A DNA stretch of 64,000 bases from Octopus vulgaris (GCA_951406725.2 OX597820.1:18166001-18230000), one strand, 5' to 3'; positions 1 to 14,154 are shown, counted from the first letter of the stretch. Numbers and translations: made by a program. The notes: generated from the sequence alone by a model not told the origin.

Positions 1-357
1 TATATTTATAGAAGATCTACTCCACAGTGTTGTACCTTGATTAAAACACTGTGTAGAATGTGTACGATGCAAAGAAGGAAGCTTAATTGAATACTTCTGG
101 CTTTTTGTTTGCTTTTGGTTTTTGTTTATTTTAGATAAATTGATGAGATGAAATCATGTTTGCGAACCATGCGTTTATATATAAACGTCTACCTACCTCT
201 CTATCTGTCTGTTTGTCTGTCTATCAGCTCATCTCTCTCTCTCGTCTCTCTCCTTTCTGTATATATTGATAAATAGATAGATAGATAGATATATTACACA
301 TACACACACACACACACACACACATATATGTGTGTATGTATATATATATATATATAT

Positions 358-489
358 CTTTTACTCTTTTACTTGTTTCAGTTACTTTGACTGTGGCCAT
401 GCCGGAGCACCGCCTTTAGTCTCTTTTGCCGAACCGCTAAGTTATGGGGACGTAAACACACCAGCATCAGTTGTCAAGCGATGTTGTGT

Positions 490-528
<39 letters not shown>

Positions 529-715
529 TATACACACATATACATATATATATGACGGGCTTCTTTCAGTTTCCATCTACCAAATCCACTCACAAGGCTT
601 TGGTCGGCCCAAGGCTATAGTAGAAGACACTTACCCAAGGTGCCACGCAGTGGGACTGAACCCAGAACCATGTGGTTAGTAAGCAAGCTACTTACCACAC
701 AGCCACTCCTGCACC
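358..715 (-). mobile_element. SINE family A with internal deletion
   Basis: Reverse complement of the family A consensus. It lacks the segment between TTTAGT and CTCTTTTGCC that other copies have. Confidence 0.88.
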
Positions 716-717
716 TA

Positions 718-830
718 TATTTGAAAAGTTTCCACCTACTTTTTTGAATTGCAATGTCTTTGATCAGATCCTCAAAATTAATCTTAGGTAACACATCTGT
801 ATCTATACTTAGTAGAGACAAAGGCATCCC
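718..830 (-). pseudogene. hAT transposase C-terminal remnant
   Basis: LSLLSIDTDVLPKINFEDLIKDIAIQKSRWKLF resembles the end of the hAT dimerisation domain. Confidence 0.55.
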
Positions 831-1894
831 GAATATTATTTTAGCAAGTTTGAAGTGATTTCTTTTGTGCTGTAAACCATTTACCATTTCTGTGGTGCTC
901 CTCTTTCCCTTGATGCCCTAAGCACGTACTTACTTTACTTAATGGTTAATTTAGCACTGCATTTCAGACAGATTCAGTGCTGAGTTGCTGAAGCAGAAAA
1001 AACCCTTATGGCAAATATTCTGTGGAATAACACAGATTTGCTAATCAATTGCTTGACCTTAAGCATTTGAGCATGTCCCTCAGTGGCTGACAATATGTGC
1101 ATCTCGGATCAGGACCAGGAGTAATGGATGCACGTCATAGTCATGTATTAAAAGGGATTCTTTAGGGTTTGAAAAAATGTAATAAAAGCAAAGTTTGAAG
1201 GAAATAAAAGCCATTCTTTATACTTTTTAGGGGTAAACAAATAGGAAATAAGTTATACTATCCAAGGACAAAAAGGGAGTGCTATGCATTGTAATGGCTT
1301 TCTGAGTGCTTTTCAGCTTGATCCTATATTCGTTATTATACCTTCAAAATAGTCACCTCCGCAGCTGACCTACCAACAAAAGCCATCAATTTCTTCTAGG
1401 GAAGTGCTCTTATGACTATGAGACATTTTGGTGCAGCCATTTTGGCATCGTCTATTTGGCATTGCTGATTTGGTGCTGATTTATTTAACAGCTGATGCTT
1501 TATTATTCTCTCTCTCTCGCTCTCTCATCCTCTGTCTGTCTGCTTGTCTCTTTCTCTCTCTCTCTTGCTCACCCCTCTGTTTGTCTCTTTATTTCTCTGT
1601 TTCTTTCTTTCTCTCTCTCTCTCACTCCTCTATCTGTCTGTCTCTCTCTCACCCCCTCTGCCTGTCTGTCTGTCTGTCTGCCTGCCTGTCTGTCTGTCTG
1701 TCCCTCTCACCCCTCTGTCAGTCTGTCTCTCTCACCCCTCTGTCAGTCTGTCTCTCTCTCTCACCCCTCTGTCTGTCTGTCTTTCTCTCTCTCACCCCTT
1801 CTGTCAGTCTGTCTCTCTCTCACACCCTCTGTCTGTCTGTCTCTCTCTCTCTCTCCCCTCTGTCTGTCTGTTTGTCTTTCTCTCTCTCACACCC

Positions 1895-1926
<32 letters not shown>

Positions 1927-2757
1927 ATCCTCCCTCCTCTCTGTTTATGTTTGTGAGCATCTAGTTGTGTTTGTGTGTGTGTGTGTGTGTGTAATGTCTT
2001 TTTTCTCTTCACCACTCTCCTCCTCACTCTCTCTGTCCAAATGTATATACTCCTGTATGTGCATGTATGTGCATGTGGGTATGTGTGTCTGTGTGTTTCC
2101 CTCCAGTGCCGAAATATACTCTCAGCAAAAACCAGCTGACTATCTAGTCTGCTATGTCATATTTTCAGTGTCCAAATGGCCACACCCAGTTCCCCCATTC
2201 CATATGCTTACTGCCTTTTCTATAACCATAGTTTACACTTGGACACAGCAACAACAACCGGTGTTGGTCTGTTTATGTCCCCACTCCACCCCAACGGTCA
2301 CTGTTGGTAACAGGTAAGGCCACCCAGGGGGGAGAGAGAGAAAGACAGACAGAGTGTGAGAGAGAGAGAGACAGAGAGAGAGAGACAGAGACTGACAGAC
2401 AGAGAGTGTGAGAGAGACAGATAGACAGATAGACAGACAGACAGAAGGGTGAGAGAGACAGACAGACAGACAGAGGGGTGAGAGAGACAGAGACTGACAG
2501 ATAGATAGAGGGTGAGAGAGACAGACAGACAGACAGAGAGTGTGAGAGAGAGAGACAGACAGACAGAGAGTGTGAGAGAGAGAGAGAGAGACAGACAGAG
2601 GGGTGAGAGAGAGACAGATAGACAGACAGAGGGTGAGAGAGACAGACAGACAGACAGACAGGGGTGAGAGAGACAGAGACTGACAGATAGATAGAGGGTG
2701 AGAGAGACAGACAAACAGACAGAGAGTGTGAGAGAGAGAGACAGACAGACAGAGGGT

Positions 2758-2789
<32 letters not shown>

Positions 2790-3359
2790 GGGGTGATAGA
2801 GAGACAGATAGACAGGCAGAGGGGTGAGAGAGAGAGACAGACAGACGGAGGGTGAGAGAGACAGACAGACAGACAGAGGGGTGAGAGAGAGAGAGACAGA
2901 CAGACAGAGGGTGAAAACCCACAATATCAACAAATTCCGCCCAACCCATGCAAGCATGGAAAAGTCGACAATAAACAATAATAATGATGATGAGGATGAT
3001 GATGATGATGATGATAATGATGATGATATCTATGTGAACAGTGACAAATGATTGCTAAAAGCTAGGAAACTGCGAGACAGTCAGTTCTTTCGATTCGATA
3101 AGGTCCGACTGATGGTCATTATAGATGTCTGAGAAGCTAAAATGATGAAAAAAAAATTCAGAAAAGTTTGCCTATGAGCATTAAGATAATTTTGATGTGG
3201 TGACATAATTGTCTGTGAAATTTTTTTTATTTTTTTATTTATTTATTTATTTAATTTTTTTTTTTTTTTTTTTTTTTTTTTTGTAGAATTTCAGATAGTT
3301 GGATAAATCATTATCTACAATAAGAAAGACAGTACATGTTATTCGATGCAAGGAATTTC

Positions 3360-3393
<34 letters not shown>

Positions 3394-3826
3394 ATAATAA
3401 TAATAATAAAAACAAATAAATAAATAACTGTCTTCCCTTCTTTACGCAGCAGATTATTCGATGCATTTAAATATTGTGTGGCATTTCAAATGTATTTTGT
3501 AAGTGTGTATGTGTGTGTGTGTGTGTGAATGTGTGTATATATTCATTGTGTATATACATATATGAATATATATGTATACACACACACATATACACACATA
3601 TATATGTATGTGTATATATATATATACATATATATATATGCATATATATATATATATGTATGTGTATATATATATATGTATATATACACACACATACATG
3701 TGTATACATATATATGTATATGCACATATACATGTATGTATATACATACATATATATATGTGTGTGTATAAATATATATATGTATGTATGTATATATATA
3801 CATATATATATAGATATATATACATG

Positions 3827-3866
<40 letters not shown>

Positions 3867-5508
3867 CATATACATACATAAGTATATGTGTGTATGTCTT
3901 TAATTCCAGTGATTGCATAATGCCGTCTGGTTATATTGGAATCTATACTATCTTTGAACATTATAGGTTTCTTGTCGTCGTATTAAACTAGTTGCCGTAT
4001 TGTCAGGCAGGTGATAAACCTACGTGGTTATGTTCTTGACAATTCTACCCAACACATGAGTTCTCTTGTTTTTGTTTTTGTTTTGTTTTTTTTTCTTCCA
4101 TCTGGACATTTTTCCTAAACTGGAAGATCATTAAGTCAAAGATGAATAGGAAGAACTTTTTAAAAAGTGAAGAAATTTTATTTACGTATTTCGAGGAGAA
4201 TGGAACAAACCAGAAACCTCACTAATGAATAAGATTGGTGATACTATGATTAAAAGAAATCTTAAAAATAAAGGATTAAAATGCCAGAAGCATTGATTAT
4301 TAATTTTGGTTTATGAATAAACATTTTAATTATGAATAAATTTTTCATAATTTTTTTTATATATTTCTTTATTAAATAAATAATTTCATTTGAGCAAAAA
4401 TGCATTTTTAATTTTATTTCTTTTTTTCATTTTTTTTTTTTCTGAATCAAGAATTTAGTTTGTGTTATATTTATTGATGATCAAGAGTATATACAACCAC
4501 CTTTATATACACCATATATTCACTAAATTCACAAATACACTAAAAAAACATAGATACATACATACATACATACATACATATACACACACACACATACACA
4601 CATGCATACATACATACATATATACATACATACTTACATACATATATACATACATATATACATTCAGACATACATACATACTTACATACATCATCATCAT
4701 CATCATCATCATCATTTAGCGTCCGTTTTCCATGCTAGCATGGGTTGGACGGTTCTACTGGGGTCTGTGAAGCCAGAAGGCTTCATCAGGCCCAGTCAAA
4801 TCTGGCAGTGTTTCTACGGCTGGATGCCCTTCCTAACGCCAACCACTCCGTGAGTGTAGTGGGTGCTTTTTACGTGCCACATACATACATATAATCATAC
4901 ATACATACACACATACATACATACATACACACACACATACAATACATACATACATACATACACACACACATACATACATACATATAATCATACATACATA
5001 CACACATACATACATACATACATACATACATACATACATTCACGAACTGACAAACGATCATGTAGAATTATAACTGAATAGATCAATAAAGGAAAGAGTA
5101 TATTTAAATTTTGAAATATATTCATATGGTTAAACCATGTTTAATCTTGCTGTAGAAAAATTTTATAGTTATAACCCTTAATATCTTTGTTAGACTAAAT
5201 AATTATACAGTTCTATATTTAAGAGATGAGGAATTATGTACATTATTTACATTATTTATATTATTTACATTTGACGGATATTTGTCCTCATCTTGTTTGT
5301 TGTTAACACTTTGTTCTTCTTCAGTGCACATTGCTAGTGGAGTGGCCATGCTCACACTATAAAGCCCAAAAAAAAAAGCAGTGTGATCAAGCTCAAATTT
5401 TAATCATGTGGCCACAATAGTACCAACAACAGGCACGCATGCACAGAAGGTAGTGTGAGAAATAATAAAGATATGTTATATGTGCAGATAATTTTTGACA
5501 TGCCCTCT

Positions 5509-5579
5509 GGGCAAAGTGGTTAAGAGCGCAGGCTACTAACCCCAAGATTCTGAGTTTGATTCCAAGCAGTGACCTGAAC

Positions 5580-5643
<64 letters not shown>

Positions 5644-5790
5644 TCGAAAAATACCTTAGGAATGAGAACCCAGGATCAAAATTTCCCCAAGACACCTGAT
5701 GAAGGCTGGAGGGTATATCAGCCGAAATGTTGTGTTAACAACAAACAAGATGAGGACAAATATCTGTTGAATGTAAATAATGTAAATAAT
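5509..5790 (+). mobile_element. tRNA-headed, HHR-containing short element (copy 1)
   Basis: tRNA-like head (AGTGGTTAAGAGCG...GAGTTTGATTCC), (AAT)n, shared body, HHR and ATGTAAATA tail. Homologous to 47676-47968. Confidence 0.75.
5691..5736 (+). ncRNA. Minimal hammerhead motif inside the tRNA-headed element
   Basis: GACAC-CTGATGA-A-GGCTG-gagggtatat-CAGCC-GAAA-TGTT-GTGTT. The second copy at 47863-47908 has GAAACGCT, so the consensus is GAAACGTT. Confidence 0.7.
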
Positions 5791-5878
5791 TATATGACAC
5801 ATTCTATTAAAATATCTAGGCTAGCTTCAGCAAATCATGTGATAGGCTAGTATCAGCTTGAAAATAGAGCATGGGATA

Positions 5879-6275
5879 TCTTTATATATAAAAGTAAGGT
5901 TGTGTGTCTGTCTCCTACGATTTAGATTCCTAACTACACCCACATTTTGCGGTGCAGTTTAACCAAAACCGGGTATCTTATAGTCGTGATTCATATCGAG
6001 CCCTTCTGGGTATTAGCGTGCGTCTACGATGAGTCTACGATTTAAAAAAAAATTACCATCATTTTTTTCCATTTTAATGCATTTTTTCGCTATTATATAA
6101 GGGAAGTAACTCTCTAAAAATGTCTACGATGAGTCAACGATTTAAAAAAAAATTCACCATAATTTTTTTTCCATTTTTAGTGCATTTTTTTGCTATTTTT
6201 TGGCTATAACTCTCTAAAAATGTTTATATAGTTATTTCCCTTACAAACCTGAGCAACGCCGGGCGATACTGCTAG
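5879..6275 (+). mobile_element. Non-autonomous Helitron
   Basis: Starts A|TCTTTATATATAAAA, ends with a GC hairpin CCTGAGCAACGCCGGG then CTAG|T; has an internal ~100-bp tandem duplication. Confidence 0.75.
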
Positions 6276-6569
6276 TAATATATATATAAAGAGATTCAGT
6301 TCAATAAGGTACTTCAAGTTTGGGTACCTTGTTAGGTTGGAATAAAATGCATACACCACAAATATAGATGAATACCAACCTTGGTACAGGAATACTAGCA
6401 GAATGATATTCAGGCAATGTATGCCATTAACTGGACCTAACTGAGTATATAATCTGCTCTTGAGCTGTTCAGGCATGTATAGTTTATTAAATATACAATC
6501 TATAATATACTTCAGAATTTGTGAAGGGTATGTTCCGAGATAGGTGGATTACAAATAAATAACTATATA

Positions 6570-7324
6570 CAGGTCATCCTTGACTTATGACCATAATTGG
6601 TTTCGAGTGACCGGTTGTATGTCGATTTGATTGTAAGTTGGCCTATAGCCCTACATAGCTTTGTTTTATTATTTTTACATTCTTAAGGGACATTTTCAGA
6701 TAAAAGTCACACAGCATTCTGTATTATACTATTATACTGGCATTAGTCAAAAATTTCAGAGTCTCCAGCAATTGTCTTATAAAACAAAATACAAGGTTAC
6801 CTCGATGTCTCCATGACTGGATAGTCCATCCAACATAGTGGTGACCAATAACCTATTTCTTTACTACCCACAAGGGGATAAACACAGAGAGGATAAACAA
6901 GGACAGACAAATGGATTAAGTCGATTATATCAACTCCAGTGTGTAACTGGTACTTATTTAATCAACCCTGAAAGGATGAAAGGCAAAGTCGACCTCAGCG
7001 GAATTTGAACTCAGAACATAGCAGCAGAAGAAATACTGCTAATCATTTTGCCCGGCGTGCTAACGTTTCTGCCAGCTGGCCACCTTTAAGAGCTCCAGTT
7101 TTAACTTTCTAGTCACATATTATTATTGTGGTGACCAATAACCAAACCTAGAGGAGTGTTTGTTAGCTGACATCTTCTGTAGATGGATTAATTTCTAAGA
7201 AATTAGACCCATTAGATTTCAACTGGACTATTTATTATTGCTGCCGGGCCAATCATCATAAAGCTGATCGGTCATAAGTCAGATAGGTCATAAGTTGGAG
7301 AGGTCATAAGTTGATGTCAACTTG
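6570..7324. mobile_element. pogo/Tigger-like non-autonomous element containing a SINE B
   Basis: TA-CAGGTCATCCTTGACTTATGACC ... repeated GGTCATAAGT subterminal motifs ...CAACTTG-TA. Confidence 0.6.
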
Positions 7325-7414
7325 TATAATAAATATACATAAAGAGTTTATGTCTGATGACTAAAACTCTGGTTTGAAGTGCAACTGAGAATAGGTAGTG
7401 TTAAAGCTGCTTAA

Positions 7415-7632
7415 CCCTTTCATTACTATATTTCTGTAGACATACACAGCCCTTATTTAATTTAATTTAGAAAATGGGGAAGAGTTAAGAAAAATTATTT
7501 TCTCATTATTAACCTGATGTCTGGAACATAAATTACCATAAAATTTTGATGAAAGAATTTAATTTAAATCCCTTTAAAACAGAGTTTGTATCAGAACCAG
7601 GGGCGGTCTTGGGTGATTTTGTATAAACAGGG
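7415..7632. mobile_element. piggyBac-like MITE
   Basis: TTAA-CCCT...AGGG-TTAA ends. Confidence 0.5.
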
Positions 7633-8011
7633 TTAACCCTTCGATCATGAATCTGTATACCGATATCAACTTTCACTTTGGACACTCCTTAACTCTTTCA
7701 TTACCATCGTATATATGTATATGTATATATGTGTGTGTGTTTGTGTGTCTGTGCTTGTCCCCATAACATCGCTTGACAACCGATGCTGGTGTGTTTACAA
7801 TCCCATAACCTAGCGGTTCGGCAACAGGGACTGATAGAATAAGTACTAGGCTTACAAAGAATAAGTTCTGGGGTCGATTTGTTCAACTAAAGGTGGCGCT
7901 CCAGCATGGCCGCAGTCAAATGACTGAAACAAGTAAAAGAGCAAAAGACTAAGAGTATATACATATATATATATGTATGTATCTATGTATATATGTATGT
8001 ATATATATATA

Positions 8012-8229
8012 TGAGGGGGTGCTGGGACGTTCCTAGCTATAAGGGCTTCTCAAAAAGCTTGGTTGGAGGCCCAACCTTCTGAGTTCTTTTACAGGGCTTA
8101 GAAAATCTGAAGGACCACTGCAATAAGTGTGTGAATCTTGAGATGAGAATATGTTCCATAAAATCATAATAAACTGATCCTCCTGTATTTTCTGTTACCC
8201 AAAGCCAGGAACTTTTCAGCACCCCCTCA
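8012..8229. mobile_element. mariner-type MITE
   Basis: TA-TGAGGGGGTGCTG...CAGCACCCCCTCA-TA. Confidence 0.75.
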
Positions 8230-8511
8230 TATTTCTTCAGAAATATAGAGACCAAATCGCAGACATATTCTACTGGAATTTACTACTATCATCACCATTG
8301 ATTTAACATTTAGTCTTTTTATTTATGAGTTTGTTTTCCTAAAACATACATTATATAAACAATAACATTATTGGTTATAGATTTCCAATGAGACGATCAT
8401 TGATTCACTGCATCCGTAATAGTGAAAGTGACAAGCGAGCATCGGTGCAACCGGGGTAGATTAACTAGTGTCAAGTCCTTTTGTTCCACACAACAGTTTA
8501 TTGACTTACCG

Positions 8512-8589
<78 letters not shown>

Positions 8590-9639
8590 GCGCGCACACA
8601 CACACGCACACACACACACACACACACACAATAATATATAAGAAAATGAGATCACAACTTCAATAGCTAACAGTTGTTTCTGCTATCAGACGCAGTGGAC
8701 TCATAGTTGAGTGCCTGAGTAACACCTTATAGCTTTATCAGAGCCTCAAATGATGAAGTTATAAGGTGGTACTCAAACTCTCAACTATGAACCCACTGCG
8801 TCTGATAGCAGAAACAGCTGTAAGCTATTGAAATTCATAAGATAACCATTTATTTCTTTGTCATCTGATTTTCTTATTACTGCTCTGTACTCAGCTCTAG
8901 TTCCATTCTGAAGCATTGCATATCAAGTTCTGCATCAGGTTATAAGTATCACAATGCCTAAGCAATATAAATGTAGGTGGGTGGCCTAGTGGTTAGACTG
9001 TTACACTCATGATTGCTAGTTTGTGGGTAGAATTACTTCTGCCTTTATAGCACATAAAGAAAACGTTGTTGTAGGAATGTACACAGCATGTGTACTACAG
9101 CAGTATTACGCATAGATTTAATACTGAGATTGAAAGGCAGGGACGAATTATGTCTACAAAGTAATAAGATATTTTGCATTTTATGCATAGTTATCAGAGT
9201 AACCTTCATAATTTTATTGAATTAGGCGCATATTTTGCCATAAAAGGAAAGTATTACTATCGATCTATTTTATTCAGGGTAGGTACTGCCCACCTTGCCT
9301 ACAAGGATGGCACGTCCCTGATAGAGAGAGAGAGATAGATATAGACAAACAGGCAGAGAGACAGATAGACAGACAGATAGATAAATAGATAGCCAGATAT
9401 GCTCTGTGACCCCATCACGACAATTTTACTCTCCTTCCCAGCTACTCGCATCCACCCTTATATGATGCAGGGTAGCCATGTATCTCCTCTATAGCAACAC
9501 ACCTATGCATCATTCCTTTATCATACCTTAGCCTCTCAACACCTGGCATAAATCCCCCTCCTCCTTTTCAAAGATTTCCCTATTTAATTTAGGAGGAGGC
9601 TTTTTCCTGTTCTTTCTTCCATCTTGGAGGTTACTCATG

Positions 9640-10258
9640 ATGGGGTTCTTTTAGTTTCCATCTACCAAATCCACTGACAAAACTTTGGTTGGCCTGAGAC
9701 CATAGTAGAAGACAACTTGCTCAAGGTGCCACACAGTGAGACTGAACCCTGAATCATATGGTTAGAAAGCAAAGTTCTTGCCACACCAACATGCTGGGCT
9801 TCTCTCAGTTTCCATCTATCAAATCCACACACGTCTTTGGTTGGCCCAAGACTATTGTGGAAAAAGACAACTGCCCAAGGTGCCATGCAGTGGGATTGAA
9901 CCCTGAATCATAGGGTTAGAAAGCAAACTTCTTACCACACAACCATGCTGGGCTTCTCTTAGTTTCCATCTATCAAATCCACTCATGAGTCTTTGGTTGG
10001 CCCAAGACCATTGTGGAAGAAAAGAACTGCCCAAGGTGCCACACAGTGGGACTGAACCCTGAATCACAGGGTTGGAAAGCAAACTTCTTACCACACAACC
10101 ATGCTGGGCTTCTCTCAGTTTCCATCTATCAAATCCACTCACAAGTCTCTGGTTGGCCCAAGACTATTGTGGAAGAAAACAACTGCCCAAGGTGCCATGC
10201 AGTGGGACTGAACCAAGAGCTATGTGGTCAGAAAGCAAGCTTCTTATCACACAGCCAT
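9640..10258 (-). repeat. Tandem array of four SINE-A-like 5' segments (~155-160 bp)
   Basis: Repeated GTTTCCATCTATCAAATCCAC...CCCAAGGTGCCA...GAACCCTGAATCA. Confidence 0.85.
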
Positions 10259-10413
10259 GACTATACATTCAAAGGGCCCTTAATCGACTGCATTTCATTA
10301 CCACAGAACTGGTGTCTTTAATGCTCGCTGGCCCTTTCAAGTCATATGTTCCCTACTTTCATATGTTTCCATGAAAGTTTATACTGCACATTCAGAAAGC
10401 CCACTTCTCAACC

Positions 10414-10634
10414 TATTTCTTTACTACCCACAAGGGGCTAAACACAGAGAGGACAGACAAGGAGATTAAGTCGATTACATCGACCCCAGTGCGTAACTGG
10501 TTCTTAATTTATTGACCCCGAAAGGATGAAAGGCAAAGTTGACCTCGGCGGAATTTGAACTCAGAACATTACGGCAGACGAAATACGGCTACGCATTTCG
10601 TCTGGCGTTCTAACGTTTCTGCCAGCTCGCCACC
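10414..10634 (-). mobile_element. SINE family B with TSD
   Basis: Full reverse copy flanked by TTCTCAACC (10405-10413 and 10636-10644). Confidence 0.88.
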
Positions 10635-13089
10635 TTTCTCAACCGATGTGTCTCCAGCATCTACCTGTCCTCCGCATTTAACACCTGTGTTTCATTATGA
10701 CTCATCTTAAATGAGCTACGTACAATCTACCTTTCGCACAGACTAAAAAAAAAAAATCTCTTTGTTTACAAATTCTCGAATATTAGCATGATCAAAATAT
10801 TTCAGATTTGTTTGAACATTCAGAGATATTTTGTTGTTACAAGTATTTTTCTTTGTTATTTTAATTTTTTTTTTTAAATTCTTATTTTTGTTTTTGTACT
10901 AGAAATATCAAAAATATGTGAGAAAATTTCTTGATATTGCAAAAAACCAAAAAAAAAACAAAAACAAACATTGTCTCGATGCAAAATATTTATATTCGTA
11001 ATTACAAATATCTATTATACAAGCGAAAAACAATGTCGTTGTTTATGGTTTATTCAGAATCTTCCATGTAAATAGACATGTTGTATCCATCAAAACATAT
11101 CTTGTCAACTCTGAAGTCATCTTTCTTCGAAAATGTCATCTTCATTCTCTCCCTCGCCATCTTATTTACCACCACAACCGCCACCACCACCGTCGTCATC
11201 GTTGTTGTTGTTGTTGTTGTCCTCGTTGTTGTCATCGTTGTCGTCGTCATCATTATCATCGTTGTCGTCATCACTGCCGTTATTCTCATTGCCTTCGTTG
11301 CTAAACTACCATATTCCTACTTTTCCAATATCAGCTCAATTGTAACTAACCTCCTCCTCCTCCTCCTCCTCTTCTTTTTTACCTCCTTCTCCTCCTCCTC
11401 CTCACCACCACCACCACATCCATCACCACCATCACCATCATCATCATCATCGTCATTGTCATCATCATCGTTGGCATCACCATTGTTGTCATCATCATTT
11501 TCATCATCACCATTGCCATCATCACCTCTATTATCATCCATCATTATCATCATCATCATCATTATCCTCACTATCCTGATCCTGATCCTCATCATCACCA
11601 TCATTGTTGTCATCATCATCATCACCCTTACTATATATATATATATATATGTCATCACCCTTATTATATATATATACGACAGGCTTCTTTCAGTTTCCAT
11701 CTACCAAGTCCACTCACAAGGTTTTGATTGGCCTGAGGCTATAGAAGAAGACACTTGCCGAAGGTGCCACGCAGTGGGACTGAACCCAGAACCATGAATA
11801 CAGGTAAAAATTAGCAATTAGAACTTCTTGAGAAAAAGAACATAGTGCCAGATGACTGAACTGACTCAAATTTTGGGGTTGAAAAGGCATCTAAGGCTTT
11901 AAACAAATTGTAGTTTTAAATGTTATTTTGTCAAATTTATTAAAATACCATACCAGTTTCAACAATTTTTTGTTTTTCAATGAAAAATAAAAAGTGCTTG
12001 AGAGATTGAAGGAACATGAAAAAAATTGAGAAAATCATGCCTAAAAAATAAAATGTTTATTCAAATATATATATAGAGAGAGAAAGCTTCAATACCACAT
12101 ATTGTATATACTGTGGAACACTGAAGAAGTAAATTGCTAAATTATATAATATTTCAACAAGTTATGTAATTATTATGATATATTGTTGAGACACGTGTAT
12201 GTTTTATAAAGCATTAAATACTATACCTGTTACCTGTATGTCATTATTTCTATATACATATGTATGGGTGTGTGTGTGTATCACTCTGTTGTTTGGCCTT
12301 TTCACCAGGTGACATGAGGAACTTCATTATTTTCCCCTCTTCATTATCATTCCTCATTATTACCCAATCTTCTCTCATCAATTAGATTTAAGATTAAAAA
12401 CATTCCAGCCATGACCATCCTACCATTTTGTATATATCTAGAACAACATTATCAATGATGTCCTTCTTTTTCAAGACAATTGCAATTTTTAAGTTGATAA
12501 GAATGCTCATTTCTAGCAGTTTGTTCGACCAGATTAAGATCTTCAGTGTAACTTGTTATATCTTTTACGAGTTGTAAGTGTATCGACATGCTTAATCAAC
12601 TGTTAAGACGTGAAATTTATTTATCATTTTTTCTAATATTCAATGTAAAATTGGTGAAGTCACGGTTACACTCTGAACATTCTTAGCCTTGCAATTAAAC
12701 AATTATCCATCATCATGCACGTACTGTAAAGAAACTTGGGGTCCTTTTGTTGAGAAGAACAGCTAACATTTAACCTTGGACGGTAGATTAAATCAAGCAT
12801 GAGTTTAAGCATGATTGGTTTTAACATCTCCTCTTTCACCACCAAAAACCGGTGCTGTTATTGTTGCTATAGTCATTTGTAAACAACATGTATAGCCATC
12901 ATCATCATCACCAATGCCAAAAACTACTGTTATGATTACTATTGTTAATCAAACATTATCGTCACTACATTCACTGCTAATCAATAATCAATACCCAGTC
13001 ATCATTATTGTTATCGTCATTGTCATCATCACATTGTTGTCATCGTTGTCATCATTGTTGTCTTCATCTTCATCATCATCTTCATCATC

Positions 13090-13121
<32 letters not shown>

Positions 13122-13134
13122 TATCATTGACTGC

Positions 13135-14052
13135 ATTGCTCACAAATGAGCAATGCACTCAACAAGAAATAAAGGTGGATAATGACAAACTGAAAGCTAC
13201 CATCGAATCAGACCCATATAAAAATTATCGTTGTTGTTTGGTGTTAGCATGCAAACAATATTGACTCACCTAGTTCAAATCAGTAAAGTGAAAAAGTTGG
13301 ACGAGTGGGTTCCAAGTGAACTCAATGAAAATCAGAAACAGCAACGTTTGGAAGCCTGCATTATGCTACTTTCTTGTCTTAAAAATGAATAATTTTTTAA
13401 TCGAATTGTAGCATGTGATGAGAAATAGATCTAATACAACAACCGTAAACATTCAGCACAATGGTTGGACAAAGACAGACCAATAAAACAGTCCAAAAAG
13501 CAAAGTTCATCAAAAGAAGCTGATGGTGTTTTTGGTGGTCTGGTGCAGATGTGATCCATTATGATTTCCTTACACTTGGCTCATCAATCACGGCCGAAGT
13601 ATACTGTAGTCAACTGGACCAAATGATGCAGAAACTTACAAAAAATAGCCTAGATTAGTCATCAGATCCTTCCCTATTTTATTGCATGACAACACCAGAC
13701 CAAACATTGCAAAAATGACATTGGTGACACTACAGTAGTTGGAAGTTCTCCATCATCCACCATACTCACCTGATCTTGCCTCCATTGACTACCGCTTCCT
13801 CCAGAATTTGGATAACTTTTTGATAGGAAAAAAATTTAATTCCGATGATACTGTAAAACAGGCTTTCCAAGATTTTATTGACTCTAGATTACCAGGCTTT
13901 TACAATTCCAGGCTGGCAAGGTACCGCTAAAATGACAAAAGTCTATTGATAATATGGGTGCATACTTTGATGAATAAAACTACTCCTTGTATTTATAAAA
14001 CATTAGCAAACTTATTTTCCTTTTCTACAAATTACAAACTTGATGACCTAAT
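13135..14052 (+). pseudogene. mariner (DD34D) transposase remnant with right TIR
   Basis: VDNDKLKATIESDP, EWVPSEL, IVACDEK, HQKKLMV, LLHDNTRP, HPPYSPDLASIDY with stops and frameshifts; ends ...GATGACCTAA-TA. Confidence 0.9.
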
Positions 14053-14154
14053 ATATATATATGGCGGGGTGGCGTCATTCGAAGGCTAAAACAATGCAAA
14101 CGCATTGTGACCAGCGATGTGTAACTACATCTGATGGACTGGTCGGTCACGTGA

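Noticed and set aside
332-679. Recurrent peptide DGLLSVSIYQIHSQG...EDTCPRCHAVGLNPEPCG that looks like a gene family
   Set aside because: It is the antisense translation of SINE family A.
2168-2313. Exon candidate (TTTTCAG...CAG|GTAAGG)
   Set aside because: It overlaps SINE-like sequence and the peptide is unrecognisable.
3049-3133. C/D snoRNA-like ATGATT...CTGA
   Set aside because: The C box is imperfect and there is no terminal stem or evident guide.
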